Shown: piece by piece, positions 43,301-56,699 of the stretch
Layout of the letters: every line of letters begins with the position of its first letter
Position numbering within the stretch: the first letter of the stretch is position 1
Source: Octopus vulgaris
Taxonomy: Eukaryota
Length of the DNA: 64,000 bases
Reading direction: 5' to 3'
NCBI GenBank assembly: GCA_951406725.2
Contig: OX597826.1
Span: forward strand, 15,934,001-15,998,000
Position numbers and translations under genes: made by a program
Notes under the pieces: model-generated
What the model was told of the DNA's origin: nothing
What the model saw: only the letters and a program-made list of their open reading frames with translations
Databases searched by the model: none

Positions 43301-43659
43301 AGATAAAAGAACTAACACGGCACACACACAAAAACATATTTGCAAACGCCTCGAACACACAAAAACATATTCATATACATTTTGGGAGAAAAATATCTCA
43401 TTTGAATTTGACAGTGCTGGGAAAAGCCTGTTTCAGTAGATAATTTCATTTATTAATTTTTATTTAGATATGTATAGCATGTGAGAACAGAGTCCCAATA
43501 CATAATAAGATACCGGCGAAAGCTTAATTTTACTACGAATGTCAATTAATCCCGATTATTGTGTTGAGAGGTTCATTACGCCAATAATAATAACACACGC
43601 ACTCGTTCAATATCACTTCTTTTTTCTTAGCCGATTGGTTAAATATCCAACCAACTAAG

Positions 43660-43892
43660 TAAGAGAAGAGGAATTATATACATTATTTACATTTGACAGT
43701 TATTTGCCTCATCTTGTTTGTTGTTAACACAGTGTTTCGGCTGATATACCCTCCAGCCTTCATCAGGTGTCTTGGGGGAAATTTCGAAACTGGGTTCTCC
43801 TTCCTAAGGTATTTTTCGATGTTATTGTTGTTATTGTTCAGGTCACTGCTTGGAATCGAATTTGGAATCTTGGAGTTAGTAGCCCGCGCTCT
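43660..43892 (-). mobile_element. Compact solo family C element (tRNA head, short linker, HHR at 43726-43771)
   Basis: GACAC-CTGATGA-A-GGCTG..CAGCC-GAAA-CA-CT-GTGTT (cleavage triplet mutated); linker only ~20 bp. Confidence 0.85.
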
Positions 43893-44099
43893 TTCTATCT
43901 ATAAATATACATAATACCTCGACCAAGTTCGGCGACGATTGAGATAAATGTGTGATAATTTATAAACGTGCGTATATATTCACAGTCACAAACAGAAACT
44001 CATGCGCACACACAGACGTTCGCTCATTATTATTAATTTACATATACGTATATACATGCGTATAGACAGCAGACATACAGATAGATATATAGATTTATG

Positions 44100-44153
<54 letters not shown>

Positions 44154-44859
44154 GAGGTAGATAGGTAGATAGATAGATTGATAGATAGATGCATGCCTAT
44201 GTCTGTTTATACTTCGTGTATGATCACAGTCAATGTTCTGTTTATAAACTGATTGTATTATGGGCGTATTGTTGTCGATGTACGCGCGTAACGGAAACAT
44301 TTTTTCTGAGCAAAGCAATTTAATACAAGCATTGATGTTGACGTTCACTTCAAATTATTTATTGTGCGCTGATGTGTGTAAATATATTCTGCCTATGATA
44401 TAATTCCATTTTGTTCATTGATGTTGATGAAATGAGAAAACAGCTGCAGTTTGATCAGTAGCTATTAATCACATTTATGAGGAATGGTTTATGCTCAATG
44501 ACACTAGAGATTCAGAGAGGTATCATCTTCATTATACAGTCCATCACTAATTGAGCTGGTCGGGAGAAGAGAAACATTTGTGCTTCATTTAAGATAAAAG
44601 AGAGGAGATTTTCTTCGAAAAGGTGGGAAGTCTAACCGTCTTTTCGGTAGAATATTTCTCCTCTTTAGACACATACTTCTGACTAAAACATCTGCTTACC
44701 TAATCGAAATACAAGATCAAATTAGAAACTGATGTCTGACTGTAACTGAACGAATATAACCAGTTGAATACGTTCATTTTGAGAGAAGTAACAATAGAGA
44801 ATTTACAGAAGATGCTTATCATCACATGAAAGATTAGTTGATGGAATTCTAAATGCCAT

Positions 44860-44892
<33 letters not shown>

Positions 44893-45518
44893 CACACACG
44901 AACACACACACACACACACACACTTATATATGTACATATACATGTATACAACGCGTTGTTGTGCTCACAATCACAGGCACACATTAAGTTTAATGCAAAG
45001 CATCTAAATAGTTTTAAAATGTTCCAACAGATAATTTTGTAATTTTCATTTAGATCTATTTAATTTGTTACAAAAACTTGTAACTAGGTGTAAGTGTAGG
45101 ATATGCATAGTTATGCAGACACAGGCATATAAACCCATACACAAACAAGTATATGTGTGTTTGTAGTGGGTGTATGTATGTAAGGATTGCCTTGAAGTCG
45201 AGGGTATTTTCGACGTCATTTACCTCCTCACATATTTATTTATTTATAAAGCCGCAGGGGGCTGTTCTTTGATGTCATCGTCGTGCATATTGGGCAGGAA
45301 GGTAAATTTCTGTACTACGGTTATTTTTAAGCAGAATGTCGGAACGAATGAATCAGAGGTTTAGGAGAGAGTTGGGATAGTTTCATCAAATACTCGCGGG
45401 TCGTATTGCATATCTCAATCTTCAGGTTTTGTCAGAGGATGGGTAGCACTCTAACAGACGTTGAAGTTTTGAATCAAGCTTGACCTTTTGTAGAAAAAAA
45501 TATCAGGAATTCTAAAGA

Positions 45519-45521
<3 letters not shown>

Positions 45522-45574
<53 letters not shown>

Positions 45575-45602
45575 CATATATATTTATATATATATTTATA
45601 TA

Positions 45603-45690
<88 letters not shown>
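45522..45690. repeat. Long (TA)n microsatellite (one of many)
   Basis: Direct inspection. Confidence 0.95.
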
Positions 45691-45697
<7 letters not shown>

Positions 45698-48351
45698 TTG
45701 TGTTTGTGTGTGTGCGTGTTATTATATATTGTTTATCATTATTTTTCTTTTTGCTGATGTTGTTATTTTATTTTTGACTACGTATTTCAAATATTTCTAT
45801 TGTATTGTTTTGTGTTCAGCTTTTTGGTTTATTGGAATTTGCGTAAGTTATAAGTCTTACTTTTATGCCATTAATTATATATAATCAAAATTGGGTTTTA
45901 AATAATATTTCGGATCTGGTTAGCGCTATACTTTTAACAAAGCCAAATTTTACAGCACTTAGTATATAAAATTTCATAATTGCGCAGTGGAGCCTTTCAT
46001 AAATTAATCGATCATATGCAGAAGCAATGATGGATTTACTAATATTTCAGTTAGAAGTTCCGAAATATTGCAAACACAAATATTTGGTCCCTTCTCCGTC
46101 TTTTAATAATCTTTTGCGGCAATATCTAACACCTTACTCTGGACGTCTTTATATGACCACTACTGCGTACAATAGTTCTATGAAATGTGATAATACCTAT
46201 ACGATTTATATTCTAATTGTTTCGATATATTTCATTCCCTAACATAGAGAGATAACACTCAAACACTAGTGAATGAGGTATCAAAACTATCTACTATAGA
46301 CTTTAAAACACTTAAAACAATATATAATATAAAACGGATCACAAATCTAATAAATAAGATAATATCGTTCAAATTTCTATTGCATTTCATCAATCATCAC
46401 TTATATTTTAAGATTTCTTCAATGTATATAATAAGAAAGGTTTTTTTCATTACCTTCATTTAATCCTTGTAATTGTATGAGATATTATTTAGTGTATCTC
46501 CACATAATTAATCAACAACAACGATAAGTAGAAGGCTATAAAAAATAAAGCTAATAAATCGATTTTGATAAATACAGTGGGAACCTATGTATTGAATGAC
46601 CTGTTCAAAGAGCTCCTAATTAACAGAAACTTTCTAGCAATTTGTAGAAAGCAAAGAAAAGCCTACCAGTAATTGTTAGAGACTCGCAAATTAAAGTGGA
46701 TTTATTTTTACAAAGTTAAGAGGTAATCACCAAAAATCCATTTAATATCTAATTCAATAAAAATCTGATATTTTTCAATATAAAAACCAATTACAAATAA
46801 TTATGGACTGCTTCAGTATTGTATAATGTTACTCCGATCATTATAGACTACTCGAGCCTATATTAATCAAATGGTAAGATTTTATATATAGAAGGTACTA
46901 ATGTAATTTTTATCCAGAAATTTGTAAAATTCAAAACGTAAACTGAGTATAAATCATTCTTGTGGCATTATTACATAAAACAAAAAAGTTACAGGTGTTG
47001 CACAATCGTCTTTCCTCAGAAATTTTCACTTTATTCAAGTATCGTTCTTAGCCAGAAGAAGAGAGACAAAACCTTGTTATAGATGTTAGCAGCAACCAGA
47101 ACAGACACTTAATTCCAAGAGATTAAGAAATATTCTGTAAAAATATATTTGAATAGACAGACAGCGAATAATTCATTGCGTGCAAAGAGACATTTATAGT
47201 AAAATACACTGAGGCCTTATTTGCCTAAAGTTTTCAAACTAACTGAGAAAGTAGTTATTAATAACTTTTACCAAGTATAATTTGTATAATTATGGCAGTA
47301 ACAAGCTAAGACAAAACTTGACACCTACTGATTGTTGTATCAATAGGTGATGCACCGATGTGAGAAATTATTACTTACAGAAAAAAAAAAACTATAATTA
47401 TAATTATTAACTCTCAAACAGCAAGACAATATACCCTGGATTTAAGAAATAACCCCTGAAGATAAAACTATATATTATGAGAAAATGTTATTGTTGTTCC
47501 TCAGAAACAGACTATTACAGGTTTCTTCTGGTATTCTTCGAGTACAAAGGAATTGAGTGCAAATCCAAGCTGGTAAGTTTTAGAGAAAAAAGAAATACTT
47601 ATAATATTTAGTAAGAATAATTTGTATAATTTTCAAAAGCATAATCAAAAAGAGAAAGAACTACCCTTAACCAATAGCATGACATAGGTTAAATATTATA
47701 CACCGATTTATTTCCAAAAATAGATTTTATTGACGAAGTAATTGAAGACGATGCAGAACTTTAGCCGCATCATGGGGGAAGGAATAAAGCAAAAAATGAA
47801 TTCATATTTAACAGCTACATGCCGTAAGAAAGAGAAAAAGGCATTTATTATTAGAGACATTCAAATAAGTCGCAGTTGTAACTCATAGAAATGAGGTATC
47901 AAATCTATACAAACAAAACCTGGATCGCATTGAAACTTTTCAAATTTTGGTTAATTTTACACATAGGATGCTTTCATTTTTAACACACCCACTTTACCCA
48001 ACCCAACTTTAGTATGTTCAAGATGAGAAATGGAAAGCATGAAAGATCTTTATTTTTTTATACATACAAATTAATTAACACTTTACGAAGCCGTTTGAAA
48101 ATGAATAAATTTCATCAAAGAAAATGTAGACGTTGTATCACTTTATAATATGAAAGAAACGTAATGAAATGTTCTGAAATTTAAAAAAAAAAACGAAAAG
48201 AAGTGAGCAATGGAGTTGCAATTCTCACATCTGTTACATCATGTTAATTGGGAGAGATAGGAGTGAATCATAAACAACCACATCACGGTTTCTTTCCTCA
48301 TTTGAGACAGCCCGAATCGTTTCCTCTTGTGGCGTTTGTATCTTGATAAAT

Positions 48352-48565
48352 ATTCGAGGGGATGCTGAAAGGTTTCTGTCTTTGGGTAAAAGAAAATGTA
48401 GGAGGATCACTTTATTTTTATTTTACTCAACATATTCCCCTCTCTGATTCACATACTTTTTGTAGCGGTCCTTCAGTTTTTCTAAGCCCTGTAAAAAGGA
48501 CTTGGAAGTTTGGACCACTTTTCGCGACACCCTGGAAGCTTGGAACTTTTCAATACTCCCTCCAA
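48352..48565. mobile_element. Mariner-type terminal fragment
   Basis: CGAGGGGATGCTGAAAGGTTTC resembles a mariner TIR; no partner TIR seen. Confidence 0.5.
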
Positions 48566-49598
48566 ACACTGTGGTTCATCATACTATGCTGAAACTGGTA
48601 ATTAATTTTTAAAATTAATTTAAATATCTGTTAGCCAAACGGTACAGATCTGCATACAGATGTAATCATCAATATCTATACTATGACTGAGGCCCAATAT
48701 CTCCGCATATTATTAATCCAGCAATGGAGGAATAACGAAGTGTAACTCTAAAACATTTGAACGAACCTAGATAAATAGAAGTGCCGCCGTCATGTAAACG
48801 ATCTTGTATCTCGATAACAAAGGTTCTTTATAGGCTAGCATTACCAAAGCATCGAAAATATACAGACTTGTGGTATTCATATAATTTTGCTTTAAATCTG
48901 GAAGATATTTTAATAATTAGCAATTAATTCTATTCTAGTCTAGAAAATTGGAACAAAAGTTGACACTACAAACAAAGACAAGATTCAAAAACCTTGTGGA
49001 TGTAGAATTTGTTTGTAGATTGCTTCTAGAATTTTGTGATATATATTATTTTTGTGTGAAGTGGCTTGCGAATAATTAATTTTAAAATAATTATTTTGTT
49101 TATTGACATTTTTAGTTATATGAATTTGCTGTTGAAACGTATTTAAATATATGCATCTTAAAATTGGAGAATGGATTTCATTAATGATAAATGCTTCATG
49201 CTCTAAGTAGCATGAATGAAAATATCTTGAACATAAATGGCATTTCAACAGAATGTGTAACACTTGAGGATAAGTTAAATTGAAATATTTATCTTTAAAA
49301 GTCAAGTAAATAGTAAATAACATAAACAAAATTTTCCAATTGAATATTTCAATTTTTGTAGAATGAGATAATGTCAGAAAGTTGAAAATAGAACAATATT
49401 AAAGCAGAAACCAATCACTTAATTAGAATCATTTTCTTCCCACTTGTACAATAATTTTTTTTCACTCTCAATGCCTTCTGAATATTTGCATTTAACTCTA
49501 TATCATTTTTGCATAAATTTCCCCGAGACAACATATATCCGAGAGTAAATGTTACACCTTTGTATATGTCACCAATAGTAGTTATAGATCACCTTGTA

Positions 49599-50794
49599 TT
49601 GAGTCATTCCACAAATAACGTGATTTTTTATAATTCTATTTTTTCAAACTTAGTATAAACAGTTATTTTTTTAATCTAAAATATACTCTTCTTCATTTTC
49701 TAGAATGCTTTTCCATCAATCTTGTAGACTTGCAAGGCCCCTCTTCCAAAATTCAGTTGTCGGTGACGAAAAGTACTCTTCCAGTACTGTTCTGACCTCT
49801 TCTAACGAATTCATAATCGTGCCGTCCAAAATCATTTGGATGGAAGAAAGTTTAAAACTGCTCCAGTCTTTGGAATGTCATCCTCACTATATGTGGCCAA
49901 GTATCATCCTTATGGAAGAACACCTTTCGTCTTGAAACCAAATATGGTCGTTTTTCTTGTAGCGCTGGCTTAATTCCACTCAAGCTGCTCGCAGTAGATC
50001 TCCTTTGTTATCGTTTGGTTTGGGTTTAAATGTTTATAGTGGACTAAACGTTTCATATCCCACCAAACAAATAACAACACCTTACCTGAGTGAAGACCTT
50101 TAGCCTGGAGTGCCGGTGTTCACCTTTCCCTCCCAACTGTCTTCGGCGCTTGACATTTTTATATAGAACCCATTTCTCGTCACCAGTCATTATTCGGTCT
50201 AAAAAGAAGAGCACACACTCAGTCACTGTGCACGTTTAGACTCGGAAATTTTGTGAGGAGCCCACCGACCCAATTTGCTGACTTTTGCGATGGCACTTAG
50301 GTGTCTATGAATGGTTGAATGACCAAATCCAAGTTTATATGCTAGTTTCTCAGCAATAACGATGGGATTTTGTTCTACCATGGTCTTAGGGACTGCCTTA
50401 TCGAGCTCTACAGATCGTCCAGATCGTCCAGGACGAGATTCGTCATCTAGGCCGTCGTTTCTGGCTCGGAAATTCTTGAACCACCGTTGATACTGGCTTA
50501 CGCTTATTGTCCAATCACCATATACTGCATTAATATTCCTCGCACTTACCGTTGTGTTCTTGCCTTTTTTCTTGAACTCATAAAGCAAACTATACGAAAT
50601 ATGCTCCTTTGTCACTTCCATTAAACATTTGAAAAAATAACTGTTAAAATCAAACTGCCCTCTTCAAAACTTGCACTAAGAATAAGTTCATGTTAAATTT
50701 ACTACCTGCTTTTATAGAAAGTTGATGCAGGTAGTTCCCTTACAACTTTTAGTTTATGCAATTGAAAAAACGCCTTATTTATGGAATGCCCCAA
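49599..50794 (-). mobile_element. Near full-length decayed mariner (Mos1-like) with TIRs and TA TSD
   Basis: TIRs TTGAGTCATTCCACAAATAA / TTATTTATGGAATGCCCCAA; ORF 50223-50621 has HTH, RPGR and WAPHKI; downstream TGDEKWVLY. Confidence 0.92.
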
Positions 50795-50894
50795 TATTAA
50801 AAGCCGCAAACTAACCATTAAGATGAAATGTTATTTTTCATTACCCAGGAAATGAATGACAGATTCAGTTATAAATACAACCTGGTAATTCATA

Positions 50895-51099
50895 TTTCAA
50901 AGTTTGGCATATGGCTAGCAATATCGAGGGAGGGAATAAGTCGATTATATCAACCCCCAGGATGCAAGTGGTACTTATTTTATCAAACCCGAAGGAATGA
51001 AAAGCAAATGACACCTGGCGGAATTTGAACTCAGAACATGAAGACAGACGAATTACCGTTAAGTATTTCGCCTGGGGGGTGGTTTGCCAGCTCGCCGCC
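50895..51099 (-). mobile_element. tRNA-derived SINE (Nin/Deu-like family)
   Basis: Reverse complement GGCGGCGAGCTGGCA...GAGTTCAAATTCCGCC. Confidence 0.85.
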
Positions 51100-51849
51100 T
51101 TTCAACATGGAAATATAAATTAAAAAAAAATGTCTGGTTTCTATTTTATTATATAATTCACTCTCCCCTATCTTCTATTTTTCCATGCTATAGCATCATT
51201 TGTCTGTCTTAGATTAAATCTCCCTCTCCGTAAGTGATACATATCATCCATATAGTTATCTGTATGGTATATATCAGCTTGTATAGTTCTATCAATTTGT
51301 CTTTATGTTAGAATTTTAAGCAGAACTAACAATCTGATTCGGTCCCTCATTAATCATTTGTTTATCAAATATATTTTTGCACACCAACTATGTGCGTTAT
51401 GGAAGAGATAAAGAACACAAATGAAATTTCTCATTATGTTGTTTAGTAGATACGTGGTTTATCTTTTAACAACATGCGATATATCTTACAACTACCATCT
51501 TCAGTCACATGATGGAAGTGTTTTATGTCAAAATATTCTTGTCCAAACCTTAAACCGCTCATATCTTTGATGCTTGTGTGAATATATCTATGAGCAGATG
51601 TAACAGGTGAGCTTATAAAAAGAAAATTTTCACTTCATCTAAAAGAAGTGCATCACATGAAAGAGGTGTTGGTATATAGTATATAGAAACTAAGACATTC
51701 TTAACATCATATTAAAGTTATAAGGCAGTGAGCTCGCAAATCCTTAGCATGGTGAACAAAATACTCAGTCCTAGGATATATTTGAAATCTGGCGTATTGG
51801 CACATTGAGGGTCCTCTGCCAATCGAGCACTGCTCTCGGTAGATAATCA

Positions 51850-52830
51850 AGTACGACACATTCGGGATATCCATTCGGTATCAGTCAGCTGAAAACATCT
51901 GAGCAGGTTTGTGAGGTTTTTGCGCCTCACTTCTTCTACCAGTTAGCTCCATGCAATCGAAGCATGTATCCAAGTGGGCGTTTCAGTCGATTAATGGCAC
52001 TAAAGGTCGAGAAGTTCCAAGAAACATTTTAATTTTATACACCCCTCGGCTGAGGTAAGTGGAGATGAGAATAAGTTCGTCACTCGATAAGGTGATACTC
52101 CAGTGCTTTTTGGCTTCATTATCAGAAGTGAACCCTACTTTGACTGTTCTATATTTTCCACTTGGTTGTATAAATTTTGCTCAAACAAATTTGTCCCAGT
52201 CATTATCTTCTCTGCTGGTGTGCTGCTTATTCAATTTTTCACTTGCTCTGGCTGTTTTCTGTAGAACTGTGCGGAAATTCGTTTCTTGCTGAACAGATCT
52301 AGGAACATTATGTGACACATTTGACTCACACTTCTTCAACATGCATTTTAAACTTTTCAATTCATTTTCCTTTTTTAAAATTTCTTCATTTATTTGCTGC
52401 GTTGCATCGGCGAAACCATTAACAGCGGAATTGTATACTTCAACTTATTTGTTCTATTTTTCTTTCGTCAATGTTGTTGGTGGTGGCAGATTTGCTATTG
52501 CCACGGAGGGTTGTGATGGAGAAGAAAGTGTAATCACTGGTTGTTGATTTTTGTTGTCATTGCTTTATTTTGATATTGCTGAGTTTAGAGTGCTAGAATT
52601 TCCATAGACGGAAAGTCACTTTCATACACTTTCTGTGCTATGTTGTCGTCACTGTTGTTATTGCTGCCGTCACCGGCAATTAAATTTGTCTCTACTGTGC
52701 TGCTGACAACTGGTTCTTCTTTACGGTGGACGAAAAACCCTTGTCCGCCACCTTTCATTTGGAAGGAAGTTTGTGGGGTATCTTTACTAAGCAAACAGAA
52801 GTTTAAACCCTAACTGCTGCGGATGGGGAG
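51850..52830 (-). mobile_element. Decayed L1/Tx1-like 5' fragment
   Basis: LSSDELILISTYLSR resembles SEELIIIPICLSR at ~38390; NLLRCFQL resembles NLLRHFQ at ~38990. Confidence 0.6.
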
Positions 52831-52950
52831 AAAATAATCAGCTCTTTAAAGCACTGGTTTGTATATATATATATATGAAAGAAAAATGTGTTCAGTATGC
52901 TGGATGATTGTAAATATATATATATATTTACACATCGCATATCATTTCTT

Positions 52951-52990
52951 TATATTAGCGCTTTCAACTACTGTAGTTTCATCAGAAATG
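52951..52990 (-). ncRNA. Hammerhead motif family E, weakened stem I
   Basis: CATTT-CTGATGA-AACTA-cag-TAGTT-GAAA-GCGC-TA-ATATA; palindromic AGCGCT stem III. Confidence 0.6.
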
Positions 52991-53564
52991 TCAGTTTGTA
53001 CAGTTTTGCCTGTATTTATATTGTTGGTAAATGAAGTGGCGAGAGAGAGTGTACGTGTGTGTGTGTCTGTGTGTTTGTGTGTGTGTGTGTGTGTGTGTAA
53101 TTGGGAATAGAGGAAAGGAGAAGGTGAAAGAGAGAGAATATTATCTCTCTTTCACCATCTCCATCCCTCCTTCTCCCTATCATGCCCTCTCTCTCTATCT
53201 TTTACGCTCTCCCTCCCTCTATTTCCCGTTATACACACACACACACACACTCTCTCTCTCCCTACTTCATTTACCAATAAAATAAATACGGGCAAAACTC
53301 TACAAACTGACATGTATTAAATCTATACGTAAGCCCCAATACTTCTAACACACACACATATATATATACGTTTGGAAGGATGGCTTCCCTTTGCAAATAC
53401 TGATAGGGCACAGAAAGTGTGTCAATAGCCAACTGGAGAAGATGTCCTCCTGGGGCTACAAGCTACAGTAGCATCCACCCTTAGTAGTTATCCACATTTA
53501 AGTGGCAAATATACTTCACATTGTCGTACAGCTACAGTTTATACCTCGTTCAGAGATTTATTAT

Positions 53565-53621
<57 letters not shown>

Positions 53622-53734
53622 TATAAGATAACAAATGCACAATATATAACTTTGTTTAACAACATCAATAACTATCAATTAACAGGAGTGATGTGTAACA
53701 CGTGTCGATAGACTACCGACAACAAGAAAGGTGT

Positions 53735-53905
53735 CAACATTTGGCACAAACCAACCAAATTCCCGGGTGGAGTAAGACGATTTCATCGACCACAGTGCGC
53801 AACTGGTAATCATTTTATCTATCCCGAAAAGATGAAAGGTAAAGATGATCTTGGTTAACTCATATTTTGCCCAGCGTGCTAAGGTTTCTGCCTGTTTCCC
53901 GCCTT
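53735..53905 (-). mobile_element. Decayed SINE (Nin/Deu-like family)
   Basis: CCCGAAAAGATGAAAGGTAAAG core in reverse orientation. Confidence 0.6.
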
Positions 53906-53989
53906 AAAAAATAACAAATATAATAATAATACTATGTAATCTCAAGTTTTAAAAGAAACATAATTTTCGTGTTTTTTTTAGACATTCAC

Positions 53990-54135
53990 TAGTACAACAC
54001 TAAGTACAAAACCAAATATATGACACCCTATGCATACCACCAATACAAACTTCCAACTTGTTGTCTCTTTGAGGTATCTGTGGTGTGAGACTTGGAGCCA
54101 GCTTGTGCAAATGTAAAGCAAAAATCAAACATAGA

Positions 54136-54137
<2 letters not shown>
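53990..54137 (+). mobile_element. R4/Dong-like 3' UTR ending in (AAT)n
   Basis: Homologous to 55485-55627; both abut (AAT)n at the same point. Confidence 0.65.
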
Positions 54138-54223
<86 letters not shown>

Positions 54224-54236
54224 TAATAATAATAAT

Positions 54237-54298
54237 AAATGCCCTGATGCAGTACCAGCCCCAGTGTCACTTTGATGGCATGCACTGCTCTCTCACTC
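54237..54298 (+). mobile_element. 62-bp internally deleted derivative of the (TAA)n-embedded element
   Basis: Retains both termini of 27487-28061. Confidence 0.85.
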
Positions 54299-54307
54299 AA
54301 TAATAAC

Positions 54308-54351
<44 letters not shown>

Positions 54352-54352
<1 letters not shown>

Positions 54353-54500
54353 CCTTTCTATAAAAGGTACAAAGCCTGCAATTTGTTTGAAGGAAATTAG
54401 TCGATTACATCGACTACAGTATTTCACTGGTACCCAATCGACCCTGAAAGATAGACAAACTCGACCTCGACGGAATTTTAAATGAGAACGTAGCGACGAT
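54352..54500 (-). mobile_element. Decayed SINE (Nin/Deu-like family)
   Basis: AGTCGATTACATCGAC..ACTGGTAC..CGACCTCGACGGAATTT. Confidence 0.65.
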
Positions 54501-55295
54501 CAAACCTTGTCATCTACAACTTTCTATGAAAATTTTACTCCCTTTTTCTGTTCTTTCTTTTCTCCCTGAGTATTCGAAAATGTAAACATCATTTTCATTG
54601 CAAAAACACTACTGTCTTCTCTAATTGGACATATATAGGAACATTTGTATGAAACCTAAAAACTTTAATATATACATTTTTGTGTGAAAATGTTATCTTT
54701 CTTTTCTCCCTGACTACGCGAACAGGTAAACATAACTTTTATTGCAACTACACAATTCAATGCACGATAAAAAAAATGTTAAGGAAGTAAGCACCTGCCA
54801 ATATAGACAAACTGCACAATTACAAAAGCTATAAACCACAGCAAAACTTATAAAAAGGAAAGTAAGGAAAAAAACATAAAATTCAGAAATTCAAAAATTC
54901 AACGATGTGAACATCAGAATATATACTATTTTTTTCTATCAGTAATTAAAAATAGAGCAAGGTGAATTGCGTTTTTTCGAGGCCAAGGTCAGTGTTGTCA
55001 TTGATCGCTAGTAGTAGTAAACGCAGTTGACCTCTGCTGACTTAAAGGGTGTGAGGCCTCTTTTGTCTTCTTATCGCACAGGAATGACCATTGCTGACCT
55101 CACCATTTCGCAAATCTTTTCACAGACCTGTAGAATTTTGGTCTATTCATCAAACTGCTACTCTTCCTCCTCCTATTCCCTTCAACATTCACGTATTTAT
55201 TAATATCTCAAGTACAATACAAAAGTTGAAGCTAAACAACATTTAATATATTTTAATAATAAATGGAAATAGTGATAACGGTAATAATAGTGGTG

Positions 55296-55378
<83 letters not shown>

Positions 55379-55394
55379 CATAATAATAATAATG

Positions 55395-55434
<40 letters not shown>

Positions 55435-55627
55435 GTCTATATAATCTCAAAATTTCCTTATGGCTTCTTAAGCATTCTCTAGAACAAAACATTCTCTATG
55501 CACAAAAGCAAATATATGGCACCCTAGGCATAACACCAACATGAAATTGTAACTTGTTGTCTCTTGAGGTCTCTGAGTGAGACTTGGAACCAACTTGTAC
55601 AAATGCAAAGCAAAAGTCAAACATAGA

Positions 55628-55799
<172 letters not shown>

Positions 55800-56188
55800 T
55801 GTTAACTGCAAGCGTAAACAGATTGTTTATAAATAGAAAGAATGGTGGCAGAGAACTAATTAGTATAGACCATTGTATAAGGAGTGAAAGGAGAATGCTT
55901 GCCGAGTATTTGATAAATAGCAACGAAGATCTGCTGCAATATACCGGGAACCATATTATTATTAGAAATATTGCATTTCTAAATTTCTCAGAGAGATTTA
56001 TGTAGTAGCAGCACGATAAAGTGATGGTGTGTTGCCAACTTAATGTGACAGTCCCAGGAAAGGGAAGAATGCCATTGCTATTACGCCCCAGGAAACACCA
56101 TTTCCAGTTGATTGTGTGACACAAGCGTTCCCTGTCCTTCAGTTTTCAAACAGGGGAGATAAACACCACCACTCAGCAAAGTCAGCAA

Positions 56189-56229
56189 CCAGAGACTAGT
56201 TTCAGAATCATTATTCTTCCTCAGCCTGG
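56189..56229 (-). ncRNA. Type I hammerhead ribozyme family F, canonical
   Basis: CCAGG-CTGAGGA-AGAAT-aatg-ATTCT-GAAA-CTAG-TC-TCTGG: GUC cleavage triplet, palindromic ACTAGT. Confidence 0.92.
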
Positions 56230-56466
56230 ATTACTTTGGGATGATAGCTGTCGATGCTTCTTCGCTTTTGAAAACTTATAGAATTTCAGGTGAAATAAAT
56301 TCATTTCGACAGTATGTTGGCAACAAACCATCACTTTATCGTGCTGCTACTGTATAAGTCTCTGTGAGAGATTTAGAAATTTTGTAGATCAGTTAATTTA
56401 TTTCATTCGAATTTCTATAAGTTTTCAAAGGAGAATAGGCATCGACAGCTAGCAAGCCATTCTACT

Positions 56467-56507
56467 CGAGACTGATGATGAGCAATGACTCTGAAACTAG
56501 TCTCTGG
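56467..56507 (+). ncRNA. Type I hammerhead ribozyme family F
   Basis: CGAGA-CTGATGA-TGAG-caatga-CTCT-GAAA-CTAG-TC-TCTGG; closing pair of stem II mismatched. Confidence 0.8.
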
Positions 56508-56699
56508 TTGCTGGCTTTGCTGGCTGGAGATGTTTGTCTCTCCTGTTTGAAAATTTAAGGACACAGAACGTTTGTGTCACATACCCAACTGAAAACGGTG
56601 TTTCCTGGGGCTAAATAGCAGTAGCATTCTTACTTTTATTGGGACTTCCACATTCAGCTGGCAGTAAGCCATCATCAATATCTATAATATTATTATAAT

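Larger units (their letters stand above)
55975..56674. repeat. Inverted pair of ~341-bp HHR monomers (family F), circularly permuted
   Basis: 55975-56301 is the reverse complement of a permutation of 56316-56674; terminal redundancy at 56316 and 56657. Confidence 0.9.
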
